Part shown: positions 36,740 through 45,764 of the stretch, piece after piece | How positions within the stretch are numbered: the first letter of the stretch is position 1 | Layout of the letters: each line of letters starts with the position of its first letter | NCBI GenBank assembly: GCA_050010755.1 | Contig: JBEKKK010000001.1 | Location: forward strand, 1,280,001 to 1,344,000 | Direction of reading: 5' to 3' | Origin: Candidatus Bathyarchaeia archaeon | Lineage (GTDB): Archaea > Thermoproteota > Bathyarchaeia > Bathyarchaeales > Bathycorpusculaceae | Length of the DNA: 64,000 bases | Program-made: the position numbers and the translations under genes | The notes under the pieces: model-generated | Databases searched by the model: none | Told to the model about the DNA's origin: nothing | What the model saw: the letters and a program-made list of their open reading frames with translations, nothing else

Positions 36740-36794
36740 TGTGAGGTTAAATGGGACAGTGGAACATTAAACTTATTAACGATACCGTGAATGC
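36740..36794 (+). repeat. 55-bp direct repeat copy 2 (likely promoter of the 36809 gene)
   Basis: Direct comparison with 35091-35145. Confidence 0.85.
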
Positions 36795-36808
36795 ATTACG
36801 CTTAAAGG

Positions 36809-37177
36809 GTGAATCAAAAGGTGTCGATTGCATCAAAGCTGAAGATTGAAAACACGGGCATGTTTCTGACAACCCTTTTCTACGCGATTGTCGGAATAAT
36901 CTTCTTCGTCCTGCTGCCCATAGCCGGTTTCACCCCATACCTAGCCATGATCGGCATATTCAGCCTACTGACCGCCTACGGAGTCTTCAGAAGGAGAACT
37001 TGGGCCATCTGGTTCGTGATAATTCTATTTTTTGGTGCAACCACATTCTCAGCCGTGATGATATACAACATCCTACAAATAGACACTCTCCTCGGCCTAA
37101 GCTCGATAGGCTATCTGATTCTAACATGGGTTTTCACACTGTACGCGGTGTTGAAAAGAAAAGCATTCGAAACCTAG
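36809..37177 (+). CDS. Small 4-TM membrane protein
   Basis: Four hydrophobic segments. Confidence 0.75.
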   Translation: MNQKVSIASKLKIENTGMFLTTLFYAIVGIIFFVLLPIAGFTPYLAMIGIFSLLTAYGVFRRRTWAIWFVIILFFGATTFSAVMIYNILQIDTLLGLSSIGYLILTWVFTLYAVLKRKAFET

Positions 37178-37235
37178 ATTGAACTGGTTGCCGAAGATCC
37201 TCAGAGTGATTTCCTCCAGGCAGCCTGCTGACTGT

Positions 37236-38483
37236 CTAGCAGATTGTTTGATTCTTGAATAGCTTCACTGTGACTGGTTCGCCGGCATCAATGAACTGGA
37301 CGTTCTCAACAATTTCAATGAACCCGTCAGCCCATGCGAGCGTTGTTATTGCACCAGAAAGTGATGTGGGCAAGGGCTCAGCGACGAGTCCTCTTGGTTT
37401 TTTTGTTTTCAGCTTGACCATGATGAAGGTTCTGCGGCCTTTTGCCGGGAACATTCTCATCGATGCGATGGCTTTCACTTCCTGCGGCTTCTCGTTCGTT
37501 CTGCCGCTCATTGCCTGAATCAGCGGACGCGCGAATAGCAGAAAAGTCAGCAGGGCTGAGGTTGGATGGCCAGGGAGCGAGAAAACTGGTTTGCCAGCAA
37601 TAGAAGCCACGGTAGTGGGTTTACCAGGTTTGAGTGCAATCCCATTGATGATTAGGCCTGGCTTTCCAAGAGCATTAACCGTCTTGGGCATTATGTCCTT
37701 TGGACCCACGGAGACCCCTCCAGATGTCACGACCATGTCTGAGCAAGCGAGTGCTCGAACCAGCGCCCCACGGAGTTCATCCGCCTTGTCGGGAAAGACC
37801 CCCAGGTAAACAGGGTTTCCTCCGCTTTCAAGCACCGCCGCGCAGAGGGAGTAGGCGTTTATGTCGTAAATCTTCCCAGGGGGTAGCTCACTGCCCGGTT
37901 CGGCTATCTCCGGTCCAGTTGAAAGAATAGCGATTCTAGGAAGTCGGAAGACCTTGGTCTTCGCCCTCCCCAAGGCTGCCAAGACACCGATTTCCCTTGA
38001 GCCTAACAGTTGACCCTTCCGGAGGATCGTTTCACGTTTCTTGATGTCGGAGCCAGCTTTCATGATGTTCTCGTTCTTTGTCGCGGACTCGAAAACCGTG
38101 ACTTGGTCGCCCTCACGAGTTGTGTGTTCCATCATGACGACTGCGTCCGCGCCTTCGGGTATTGGTGCCCCAGTCACGATTTCAGCGGCTTTGCCCTTTG
38201 TGACCGTGGTTTCAGGAAGCTCTCCGATGTTCACTGTTCCAGAAATGTGCAGCACGACTGGTCTGTTCTCTTCTGCGTCAAACGTATCTTCTGCTTTGAC
38301 GGCGTATCCGTCAACTGTGGATCTATTGAAGGGAGGAATGTCCATGTTGGCAGTTATGTTTTCGGCGAGAACCCGATTAGTGGACTCTAGGAGAGAAATC
38401 TCTTCGACACCTAAAGGTTTAGTCTTAAACTGGCTTTCGATGACCTTTTTCGCCTCATCAAAAGTCAAAAGTTTCCTGAACAT
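37236..38483 (-). CDS. moeA: Molybdopterin molybdotransferase
   Basis: PPFNRSTVDGYAV, TGAPIPEGADAVVM, TSGGVSVG, KPGKP, LPGHP. Confidence 0.95.
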   Translation of the reverse strand: MFRKLLTFDEAKKVIESQFKTKPLGVEEISLLESTNRVLAENITANMDIPPFNRSTVDGYAVKAEDTFDAEENRPVVLHISGTVNIGELPETTVTKGKAAEIVTGAPIPEGADAVVMMEHTTREGDQVTVFESATKNENIMKAGSDIKKRETILRKGQLLGSREIGVLAALGRAKTKVFRLPRIAILSTGPEIAEPGSELPPGKIYDINAYSLCAAVLESGGNPVYLGVFPDKADELRGALVRALACSDMVVTSGGVSVGPKDIMPKTVNALGKPGLIINGIALKPGKPTTVASIAGKPVFSLPGHPTSALLTFLLFARPLIQAMSGRTNEKPQEVKAIASMRMFPAKGRRTFIMVKLKTKKPRGLVAEPLPTSLSGAITTLAWADGFIEIVENVQFIDAGEPVTVKLFKNQTIC

Positions 38484-38488
38484 TTTCC

Positions 38489-39724
38489 TCAGCCTTCCAC
38501 GTTGTCGAACAATTGGACATGGACTTGCTCTTTTTCCTCTAGGCCTTCTCGGTTTTCAGGAACGACGACAAAGCCGTTAGCCTTTGTCATCGTCGAAATC
38601 ATGCCCGAGCCGCGAGCGCTGATAGGCTCCGCCATTAACTCGTCATCACGTGGGAAAACGCGGACGCGAACGAAATTTCTTCTCCCAAGGGCTGTGGCAA
38701 TTCCTCTAGTCATTTTGGCCTTAACCGTGAGCCTGGGTTCAGCTCGTTTCAACCCCATCATTCTGGAAATCAAGGGTCTTGCGAACACTTCAAAGCCTAT
38801 CATCGCAGCAACTGGGTTGCCTGGAAGAATCAAAATCGGCTTTCCTTTGGCTACTGCAAGAGCCGTGGGCATAGCCGGTCGCATTGCCACGCCGTGAACA
38901 ATCACGCCTGGCTTTGCAACTTTGTTGACGGCGTCTGGTACGAAGTCTGATCCTCCGACGCTTGTCCCGCCGGAAGTTATTATTGCATCCGCCTTTTCGA
39001 GTCCGATTCTCAGCCTTTCAGAAATCTCATGAACATTGTCCTTTACTATGCCCATGTCTAAGGGCTCTGCGCCCAAGTCTCTGCAAAGAGCGGAGAGTAC
39101 GAGTTTGTTTGTTTCGAAAATCTGGCTTCCTTCAAGTCTGTTCCCTAACTCTACAAGTTCGTTTCCAGTGGCCAGAACGGCGATTCTTGGCTTGTCGTAC
39201 ACTTTGACCTTGCTGATTCCCAAAGCAGCTATTAGCCCCAGATGCTGCGGCTTCAGGCGAGTCCCGACCATTGTTGCAACATCTCCTTTTCGGACGTCCT
39301 CGCCCTTTTTGGAAACATTTTCGCCCGGTGTCACTTGACTCCAAACATCGACTCTGTCTCTTGCCAACTTGGTGTCTTCAAGCATCACCACCGCGTCTGC
39401 ACCCTCAGGAATCGGGTTTCCAGTCCAGACCTGCTTTGCTCCTCCAACGTCTATTCGATTTTTGTCAGTGAGGTGGAACACTTTGGGTTTGAATTGTGAC
39501 GCTCCCGCTGTTTTTTCGGCGCTAACGGCATATCCGTCGACTGCTGACCTGTTGAATCTAGGCACGTCCATTTCTGCGACGACGTTCTCGGCTAGAACAC
39601 GATTCAAAGCGGAATCCAGAGGAACAGAAACTGTTCTCGGTTGCTTGAACACGACAGCCGCAAGAAACTTCTGCAAAGCCTCATCGACTGGCGTCAGTTT
39701 CTGGAAACCTTTGAGTCGCACCAA
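38489..39724 (-). CDS. moeA: Molybdopterin molybdotransferase (second paralogue)
   Basis: FNRSAVDGYAV, TGNPIPEGADAVVMLE, ATGNEL, TSGGTSVG, LPGNP. Confidence 0.95.
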   Translation of the reverse strand: MVRLKGFQKLTPVDEALQKFLAAVVFKQPRTVSVPLDSALNRVLAENVVAEMDVPRFNRSAVDGYAVSAEKTAGASQFKPKVFHLTDKNRIDVGGAKQVWTGNPIPEGADAVVMLEDTKLARDRVDVWSQVTPGENVSKKGEDVRKGDVATMVGTRLKPQHLGLIAALGISKVKVYDKPRIAVLATGNELVELGNRLEGSQIFETNKLVLSALCRDLGAEPLDMGIVKDNVHEISERLRIGLEKADAIITSGGTSVGGSDFVPDAVNKVAKPGVIVHGVAMRPAMPTALAVAKGKPILILPGNPVAAMIGFEVFARPLISRMMGLKRAEPRLTVKAKMTRGIATALGRRNFVRVRVFPRDDELMAEPISARGSGMISTMTKANGFVVVPENREGLEEKEQVHVQLFDNVEG

Positions 39725-39795
39725 AACATGTACCCCAAGACAGCACTGGAGGATTTGATAGAAAAACGTATCGCAACAGGCTCGTTAATCCGGCT

Positions 39796-40656
39796 TCAGC
39801 TCCACTCCTTCTGAAGTATGTCGCGCATTCGCAGGGCGTCTATGTCTAGGATTGGGCTTTCACTTATTATAACGGGTTTCAACCTGAATTCAGATATGAC
39901 CTTTGCCAGCATCTCAAATTCTGGCCCATAACGCGTTTCTTCCAACGTGTGATGACGTTTTTCGCCGTTTTTTGTGAATTCGATTTTCGTAAAGTGGCAG
40001 TGCATATTCTCAACTGCCTCTGTTCCAAGCCTGGTTTCCACTTTTTCCACAACGCGTCGAAAATCATCAACGGTTCGGAACTTGCCTTGGTCTCTTGCGT
40101 GCAAGTGTGACCAATCAATAACCAACTGTGTTTGGTCAAGCGTTTCGCACAATCCCATAATTTCATCTAAACTTCCAAGTTGGAAAAGCCGTCCCATGGT
40201 TTCGGGACCGATCTTGACGTCGCGGATTCCAAGCGACTGGAGGGTTTCAATGGTCTCTCGCAAGGCTCTTAGGCATTTGCTGAAAGCTTGATCGACTGAG
40301 TTTTCGCCGTAGAATCCTGGATGAAAAACGACAACATAGGCGTTCATCCATTCGGCCGCCACAGAGCATGCGATGAGTCGCTGTTTGCTGGCTTCAACAA
40401 TTCGGCTGCTTCCACAAAAGTTTATGAAATATGAACCGTGCAGGCTGAGCCACACATCGTTTTCTTTTGCCGCAAAGCCAAGCTTCTCGGCGTCCTCTTT
40501 CTTTATCTGCGGTTTCTTCCCCCACCGCACCGCCTCATATTCAAAGGCATCAAGACCCTCTTCCTGCAAAAGTTTCGGAACATCTGCCAAAGCCGCCTTC
40601 ATAAATCTGAATGACGGAGGAACCCCAGCAGGACCGAACCGGGGGTGGTCAGCCAT
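39796..40656 (-). CDS. Endonuclease IV-like TIM-barrel protein
   Basis: RFGPAG, SLHGSYFIN, VFHPG, GPETMG, IDWSHLHAR, HCHF, ISESP. Confidence 0.9.
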   Translation of the reverse strand: MADHPRFGPAGVPPSFRFMKAALADVPKLLQEEGLDAFEYEAVRWGKKPQIKKEDAEKLGFAAKENDVWLSLHGSYFINFCGSSRIVEASKQRLIACSVAAEWMNAYVVVFHPGFYGENSVDQAFSKCLRALRETIETLQSLGIRDVKIGPETMGRLFQLGSLDEIMGLCETLDQTQLVIDWSHLHARDQGKFRTVDDFRRVVEKVETRLGTEAVENMHCHFTKIEFTKNGEKRHHTLEETRYGPEFEMLAKVISEFRLKPVIISESPILDIDALRMRDILQKEWS

Positions 40657-40677
40657 TCGAAACCCCCTTTTTCTCTT

Positions 40678-41640
40678 CTACTTCTTCCTGTATCGATAGC
40701 TTCTGCGCGAATACTGCCCGTACAAAAGAACCAGAAAAACTGAAATCCAAGCCGCAAGGTTCTGGAAGGCCAGGTATTTACCTGCGGAATCAAGGTTCGC
40801 CAAAGGCCCAATCAAACTGCCGAAGGCCGTTCCAACGGCTCTAACGCCAGGAGACAGGGCTACCAGGCCATTGTGTATTCCTGTAGCGATCCAGCCGATG
40901 GGCGACACGGCGTGGGCGAAGCCGCTCAAAGAATTGGCAACTGACACCACGAAGTGGTAAAGCGGAGAGTGGCTTTGGTACGAGCTTGTGATTGCCTGAT
41001 AGATAGCTCCAGGAAAGGTCAATTGAGAGACTATAAGCACCAGAACCGCAAAAGCCAAGAGAACGATCAAGGCACTCTTGATGGTCGCTCTTGCAGAGTA
41101 GATTCTTTGCCTTATGGAGGGAAAACCCTTGTCCTTTGGAGGAGTTGGCTCAGTCTTTTGAACTGGACTCTTGGCTGGTCGACTTTTTTGGGTCGGTGGT
41201 TGCTTAATCTCCGTTCTTCCTATCGGCAGTGTCTGCCTAACTGAAAGCTTCTTCGTCAGGTAGATCCAAGCGAACGAAAGCGTGATGATAACGGCAATTG
41301 GAACCAATTCAAACAGGATGCTGACCCTAATCGTCGCTGGCCAGCTCGTTGTCAATTGACCTACGTCTTTAACGCCTAAATCCATTGCATACAAAACCAC
41401 GAGAACCTCGGCTATCACCGCCACAGCTAAGAATATTATTATTGAAAGTGAGCCCTTCAACGATTTCCAATGGATCACAGCATGCCCCGTGGGAGGTTGA
41501 GACGTCAAACATTTCACCGTGAGTTTTTTGCCGCTACTAAGTTGAATATTTGCTGAAAATATTAAGGTTCTCATTAAAAAGGGTAACGTTGAGGACTCCG
41601 TGCGATCCTGATTCTTTTCACAGGAATCAAAAGAAGCCAT
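40678..41640 (-). CDS. Hypothetical multi-TM membrane protein (start uncertain)
   Basis: Several TM helices, Pro/Lys-rich linker, basic C-terminal tail. Confidence 0.7.
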   Translation of the reverse strand: MASFDSCEKNQDRTESSTLPFLMRTLIFSANIQLSSGKKLTVKCLTSQPPTGHAVIHWKSLKGSLSIIIFLAVAVIAEVLVVLYAMDLGVKDVGQLTTSWPATIRVSILFELVPIAVIITLSFAWIYLTKKLSVRQTLPIGRTEIKQPPTQKSRPAKSPVQKTEPTPPKDKGFPSIRQRIYSARATIKSALIVLLAFAVLVLIVSQLTFPGAIYQAITSSYQSHSPLYHFVVSVANSLSGFAHAVSPIGWIATGIHNGLVALSPGVRAVGTAFGSLIGPLANLDSAGKYLAFQNLAAWISVFLVLLYGQYSRRSYRYRKK

Positions 41641-41865
41641 GAAGCCAACTGGGACAATTTTGATGGGAAAGCTAGAGAGAATCTAGAGAAGGAATGCAGA
41701 AAATGCAGGGCCAGAATTAACTTGGTTCTCTGGAAATGTTTAAACGGTTTAAAGAGGAAGTGTTAAGAGATCTTGTAACGATTAGAACTATGTTGGTTTC
41801 GGAGTGAAATAGAAACGACGGCCAAAGCAGAGAGGCAAGAACTCTACAGGGATCGGAACACTCAA

Positions 41866-42795
41866 GTGCTCTTGAGCAAACTCTTAGCTGGCGAACCTAG
41901 CGAAATCGAGCCCAGGTTCGACTCCAAACGAGGATATCGATACGAAATCGTTGAAACAATCGTGGGAGACGCTTCAAAGGCTGAAGCATTCTTAGAAAGA
42001 CTCTATGAAGCGGGAATACTGGCAAGAGAGCTTCATGACGAAGTCATTTTTTGCTCCAAATGTAATTCGGCTGGAATTTCAACGCGCTATTGCTGCCCGT
42101 ACTGCAAATCATTCAATATCAAAAAAAGTTCCTTGATTGAACACATCAAATGCGGATACATGGACGTAGAGGAAGACTTTCACAAAGGTGACAAGCTTAT
42201 CTGCCAGAAATGCCACGACGAACTGAAAAAACTCGACGTTGATTACAAGCGGGCGGGAACATGGTGCACCTGTAAGGAATGCGGCAAGAGCTTCGACATC
42301 CCCTTGGTCAAATTGTTCTGCAGAGACTGCCACAACGAATTCACATTTGAGGACGCAACAATCAAAGAGGTTTACAGATACTCTCTCAAAGAGGAGGCGA
42401 GAAGAGAAGCCGCTGAGGGTTGCGTTTTGATTCCGCCGATAAGCGAGTTCCTTGCAGAAAACGGCTTTGAAGTTAGAAGCCCCGCCTTTCTGAAGGGGAA
42501 GTCAGGAGCAAATCACGCGTTCGACATAGTTGCGTCGAGAAAAGAAAACGCTCAGAGCGTAACAGTGATTGATTTGGCCACGTCGACCGACAACGTGGTG
42601 TCAGAGCAGCCTGTAATTGCACTGTTCGCAAAGATATTTGACGTATCGCCCCACGCGGCCTATCTTATCGCAATTCCCAAGCTAAATGACGATGCAAAGA
42701 AAATGGCCGAATTGTACAATATTCACGCCATTGAGGGCAAGAATCAAAAAGAAGCAATGGATAGCTTAAAGGAAAAAATCACACAAGCAAAGTGA
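41866..42795 (+). CDS. TackOD1-like multi-Zn-ribbon protein with C-terminal restriction-endonuclease-like domain
   Basis: GYRY...CSKC...CPYC...EHIKCG...CQKC...DVDY...CKEC...CRDC, then LKGKSGANHAFDI. The frame stays open upstream to an ATA at 41809 after GGAGTGA. Confidence 0.75.
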   Translation: MLLSKLLAGEPSEIEPRFDSKRGYRYEIVETIVGDASKAEAFLERLYEAGILARELHDEVIFCSKCNSAGISTRYCCPYCKSFNIKKSSLIEHIKCGYMDVEEDFHKGDKLICQKCHDELKKLDVDYKRAGTWCTCKECGKSFDIPLVKLFCRDCHNEFTFEDATIKEVYRYSLKEEARREAAEGCVLIPPISEFLAENGFEVRSPAFLKGKSGANHAFDIVASRKENAQSVTVIDLATSTDNVVSEQPVIALFAKIFDVSPHAAYLIAIPKLNDDAKKMAELYNIHAIEGKNQKEAMDSLKEKITQAK

Positions 42796-42914
42796 AGTCG
42801 TATGGATCAGGCGCAAGTCGAACGGCTTCAACCTTGATAATTCCTAACAAGAGTAAAGGAACAGAGAATTCTCGCTAAGTGAGTAAACCAACGCAGCATC
42901 GCAGTTCACAGTTT

Positions 42915-43793
42915 TCAGGATACGAAGATGATAGCGGCGATTATTAGGAAAGCTCCTGCGCCGGTAATCAATGTTAAGGTCTCGTTCAAGAAGATTGAGG
43001 AGATTGCCAATGCGACTAGCACTTCTGCCAGAAGAATGATGGTGGAGTTCACTGCGGAGATGTATTTCAGACCTTCAGACCAGAGGTAGTATGGAATGAC
43101 CCAGCAGAATATGGCGGTGTAGGATATGGCAAGCCACGCGTCAGGCGGCAAGTTGGAAGGGGAGCTGGTCGAAAAGAGGAGGCAGGGTATTAGGGGAAGC
43201 AGGGTTACGAAAATCACCCACGTTGTTGGCTGAATTATGTCTTTTACACCGGAGACCAGTCTTTTGTTGTAAACCGTAAAGAAGGCCCAAACGACTCCGG
43301 ACAGGAGAACAAGCAAATCGCCGACGATAGCTCCTTGGCCCAGCATTTGGAAATCGAGGTTCGTCGTTATCAAGAAAACCCCGGCGATTCCTAATATTAT
43401 TCCGAGCGCTCTCCTGTTTCCTAGACGTTCTTTCAGTATTAGCCAGCTCAGGATCGCAACCCATATCGCGCTCAGATTAACGAGCAACGAAGATTTTGAG
43501 GCCGAGGTAGAGTTCATTCCAACGTACTGGAACAGATAAGCAACTCCGTTAGCGATGCCCAAGAACCACACTATTCTGTTCTTCGCGAATTCGAAGCCGA
43601 AATTTCTCCTCATCAATAGTAAAAACAGCATTACGATTGAAGCTATGAGAAACCTCAAGAAAACGAACATGTAAGCGTCCACGTACCGTAGCCCGATTTT
43701 TATCGCTGGAAAAGAGGTGCCCCACAAAACGCTGGCGATGCCCGTAAGGATGATCGCCTTTATCTTCTTGTCACGGCCGCCTGAATCCTGCAA
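42915..43793 (-). CDS. DMT/EamA-family transporter
   Basis: LWGTSFPAIK, FLRFLIA, ILKERL, GDLLVLLS, FLNE; about 10 TM helices. Confidence 0.92.
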   Translation of the reverse strand: MQDSGGRDKKIKAIILTGIASVLWGTSFPAIKIGLRYVDAYMFVFLRFLIASIVMLFLLLMRRNFGFEFAKNRIVWFLGIANGVAYLFQYVGMNSTSASKSSLLVNLSAIWVAILSWLILKERLGNRRALGIILGIAGVFLITTNLDFQMLGQGAIVGDLLVLLSGVVWAFFTVYNKRLVSGVKDIIQPTTWVIFVTLLPLIPCLLFSTSSPSNLPPDAWLAISYTAIFCWVIPYYLWSEGLKYISAVNSTIILLAEVLVALAISSIFLNETLTLITGAGAFLIIAAIIFVS

Positions 43794-43931
43794 GTATTAT
43801 TCCTTTCTTCCATCATGCGCACTGGTTCAAATAAATCTACTGAAGCAAAGAAAAACAAACGCAATAAGCTGGCGATAGGTCGGGCGCTTAAATATGACTT
43901 GGACGTTAAGACATGACGGTGGAAATTCAAA

Positions 43932-44213
43932 ATGGTCGGACCTACATTTTCTCTATCTGAAAAGTGGACCCAGTTTCTAAAACATCTGGCGGACGAGCAC
44001 GAAATTGATCTCAACGTCGCAATAGATGAACTGTTCGAATGGGCGTTATCAGATGATGAAGACAGAGAACAGTTCAGAGATTGGCTGGATGAAGCCTATC
44101 CGCCACCCGGGGAAGCTGAAGAGCAAGCAAAGGCTACCGGAGAAGAAGCCGCCGAGGAAGAAGAGGAAAACGAAGAAGAATCTGAAGAAGAATCCCACGA
44201 ACACCGAGACTAG
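43932..44213 (+). CDS. Small hypothetical protein with Glu-rich tail
   Basis: RHH-like N-terminus (FSLSEKW..L..LA......NVAIDEL); strongly acidic C-terminus. Confidence 0.7.
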   Translation: MVGPTFSLSEKWTQFLKHLADEHEIDLNVAIDELFEWALSDDEDREQFRDWLDEAYPPPGEAEEQAKATGEEAAEEEEENEEESEEESHEHRD

Positions 44214-44273
44214 TCTTAAAAGCTGCGTTCAAAGCTTAAAAGCTTCGCTTCTCAAACATAGCCGGAGAATTGC

Positions 44274-44774
44274 ATGAAGATTTTGGTCGTATATGACACG
44301 GGTTCTATCTCGCGAGGGGCTGGAGCTGCATCAGGAAACACGGCAAAAGTTGCCGGGACGATAAGTGAAGTTCTCAAAGAAAAGGGGTTTGACGTTGACT
44401 GTGTTTATGTCAAGGATGTTGACCCAGCAAGTGCGAGGAATTATGATTGTCTATTAGCCGGGTCGCCCACGCAGTGGCACAGGGCAACTGGGCCTATCAT
44501 GCAATTTCTTGGCAGATTGGCCAAAGCCGAGTTCACAGGAAAACTTGCCGCGGCATTTGACACGCAATTGCAGATTCCATTGAGCGGAAACGCGGGAAGA
44601 GGGATAGAGAAGAAGCTCCGAAAACTTGGTTTCAAGATAGTTGCGCCACCGTTGGTCACCTACGTCCAAGGCAAGAAGAACGTCGAAGGCAAGAATGAAA
44701 TCCAACTGAAAGAGGGAGAACTGGAGAAAGCTAAGAGCTGGGCAGAAGAAGTTGCCAAGGTTCTTCCCAAATAG
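44274..44774 (+). CDS. Flavodoxin-family protein
   Basis: KILVVYDT..GNTAKVA, AGSPT, AAAFDT, GELEKAKSWA. Confidence 0.9.
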   Translation: MKILVVYDTGSISRGAGAASGNTAKVAGTISEVLKEKGFDVDCVYVKDVDPASARNYDCLLAGSPTQWHRATGPIMQFLGRLAKAEFTGKLAAAFDTQLQIPLSGNAGRGIEKKLRKLGFKIVAPPLVTYVQGKKNVEGKNEIQLKEGELEKAKSWAEEVAKVLPK

Positions 44775-45241
44775 AGCTTTAGGTTTGTCTCGCAAATAGC
44801 GTGCGCATATCCAAGATCTGAAGAGCTCAAACTTGCTTATCAGAAAGTGGTTTTCACGTAGCGCGCGCAATTCCTGGTGCCCCTCATCGGAATGCTGCTG
44901 TTCCTTTATTACGCACGGGCATGTTAAGACTGGCCTCCAAAACTCTGCACTTCTTCGACAAATGCAAGCGCGCTAAAGAGCTGGACTAAAAAACTTGGAA
45001 ATTACGACAAGAGGGCCACCGCCACTAACCGATATCTCCATGTTGAATGGGCGATAAGGAATCTTTTCGGCGAGCGTTCTCTCTGGGAACTTCTCGTCGA
45101 GGGAAGGGCAGACAGAGATGGAGTGTGTCTCGCGCGCACATGATGAACTAGCTCGACAAATCAAAACAGCAGGTTTGAAATTCGGTGCCGGGCAGTGTTG
45201 CGAAAAAAGCTTATTTTAGCAAAAGAGGGCGTAGTTGGGTT

Positions 45242-45420
45242 TGGTGGGGCCGGCCGGATTTGAACCGACGACCTACGGGTTTCTTCTCGGTATAACTGCT
45301 CCCGAATTTCTTCATTCCCTTTCGGGTCGGATTGTAATTGGGTAAACACATGGGCTACCTTGCGGTTTCTCATGGGTTGATTCTGGAGCCCGTCGTCATA
45401 CCTGCCTAGACTACGACCCC
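45242..45420 (-). tRNA. tRNA-Trp(CCA) with a 102-nt intron at 37/38 (intron 45281-45382); encoded CCA end
   Basis: Acceptor stem GGGGTCG/CGGCCCC-ACCA, anticodon arm ACGGG-CTCCAG|A-CCCGT, T arm GTCGG-TTCAAAT-CCGGC. Confidence 0.92.
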
Positions 45421-45554
45421 CGAGAATTTCTTAAGAGGCTTTGGATATATGCGTTGTTCCTTCGACGGCCAGATTGCGTGGAAATATAACTTCGGATATG
45501 GGGTTTATACGAGGGAAGCGATAAGCTTATGAGTAGAAGATTGGCGTGTATGTT

Positions 45555-45680
45555 GGGGTTTGCCGGTCATAGGGCGTGGGTCCCACCTGATCCCATACCG
45601 AACTCAGAAGTTAAACCACGTTCCGTTTCCGGTTATAGTGTGGTCTTCGGCCATGTGAACCCGGGAAAGCTGGTAGCCCC
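45555..45680 (+). rRNA. rrf: 5S rRNA (stand-alone)
   Basis: GGTCATAG...CACCTGATCCCATACCGAACTCAGAAGTTAA; terminal helix GGGGTT/AGCCCC. Confidence 0.93.
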
Positions 45681-45764
45681 ACCTAATCAATCCTGCTGAT
45701 TTGGAGGAGAATTAGCTAAGGCTTATAACTAAGTGCTGATAGTGTTTTTGCAAAAGGTGAGTCC

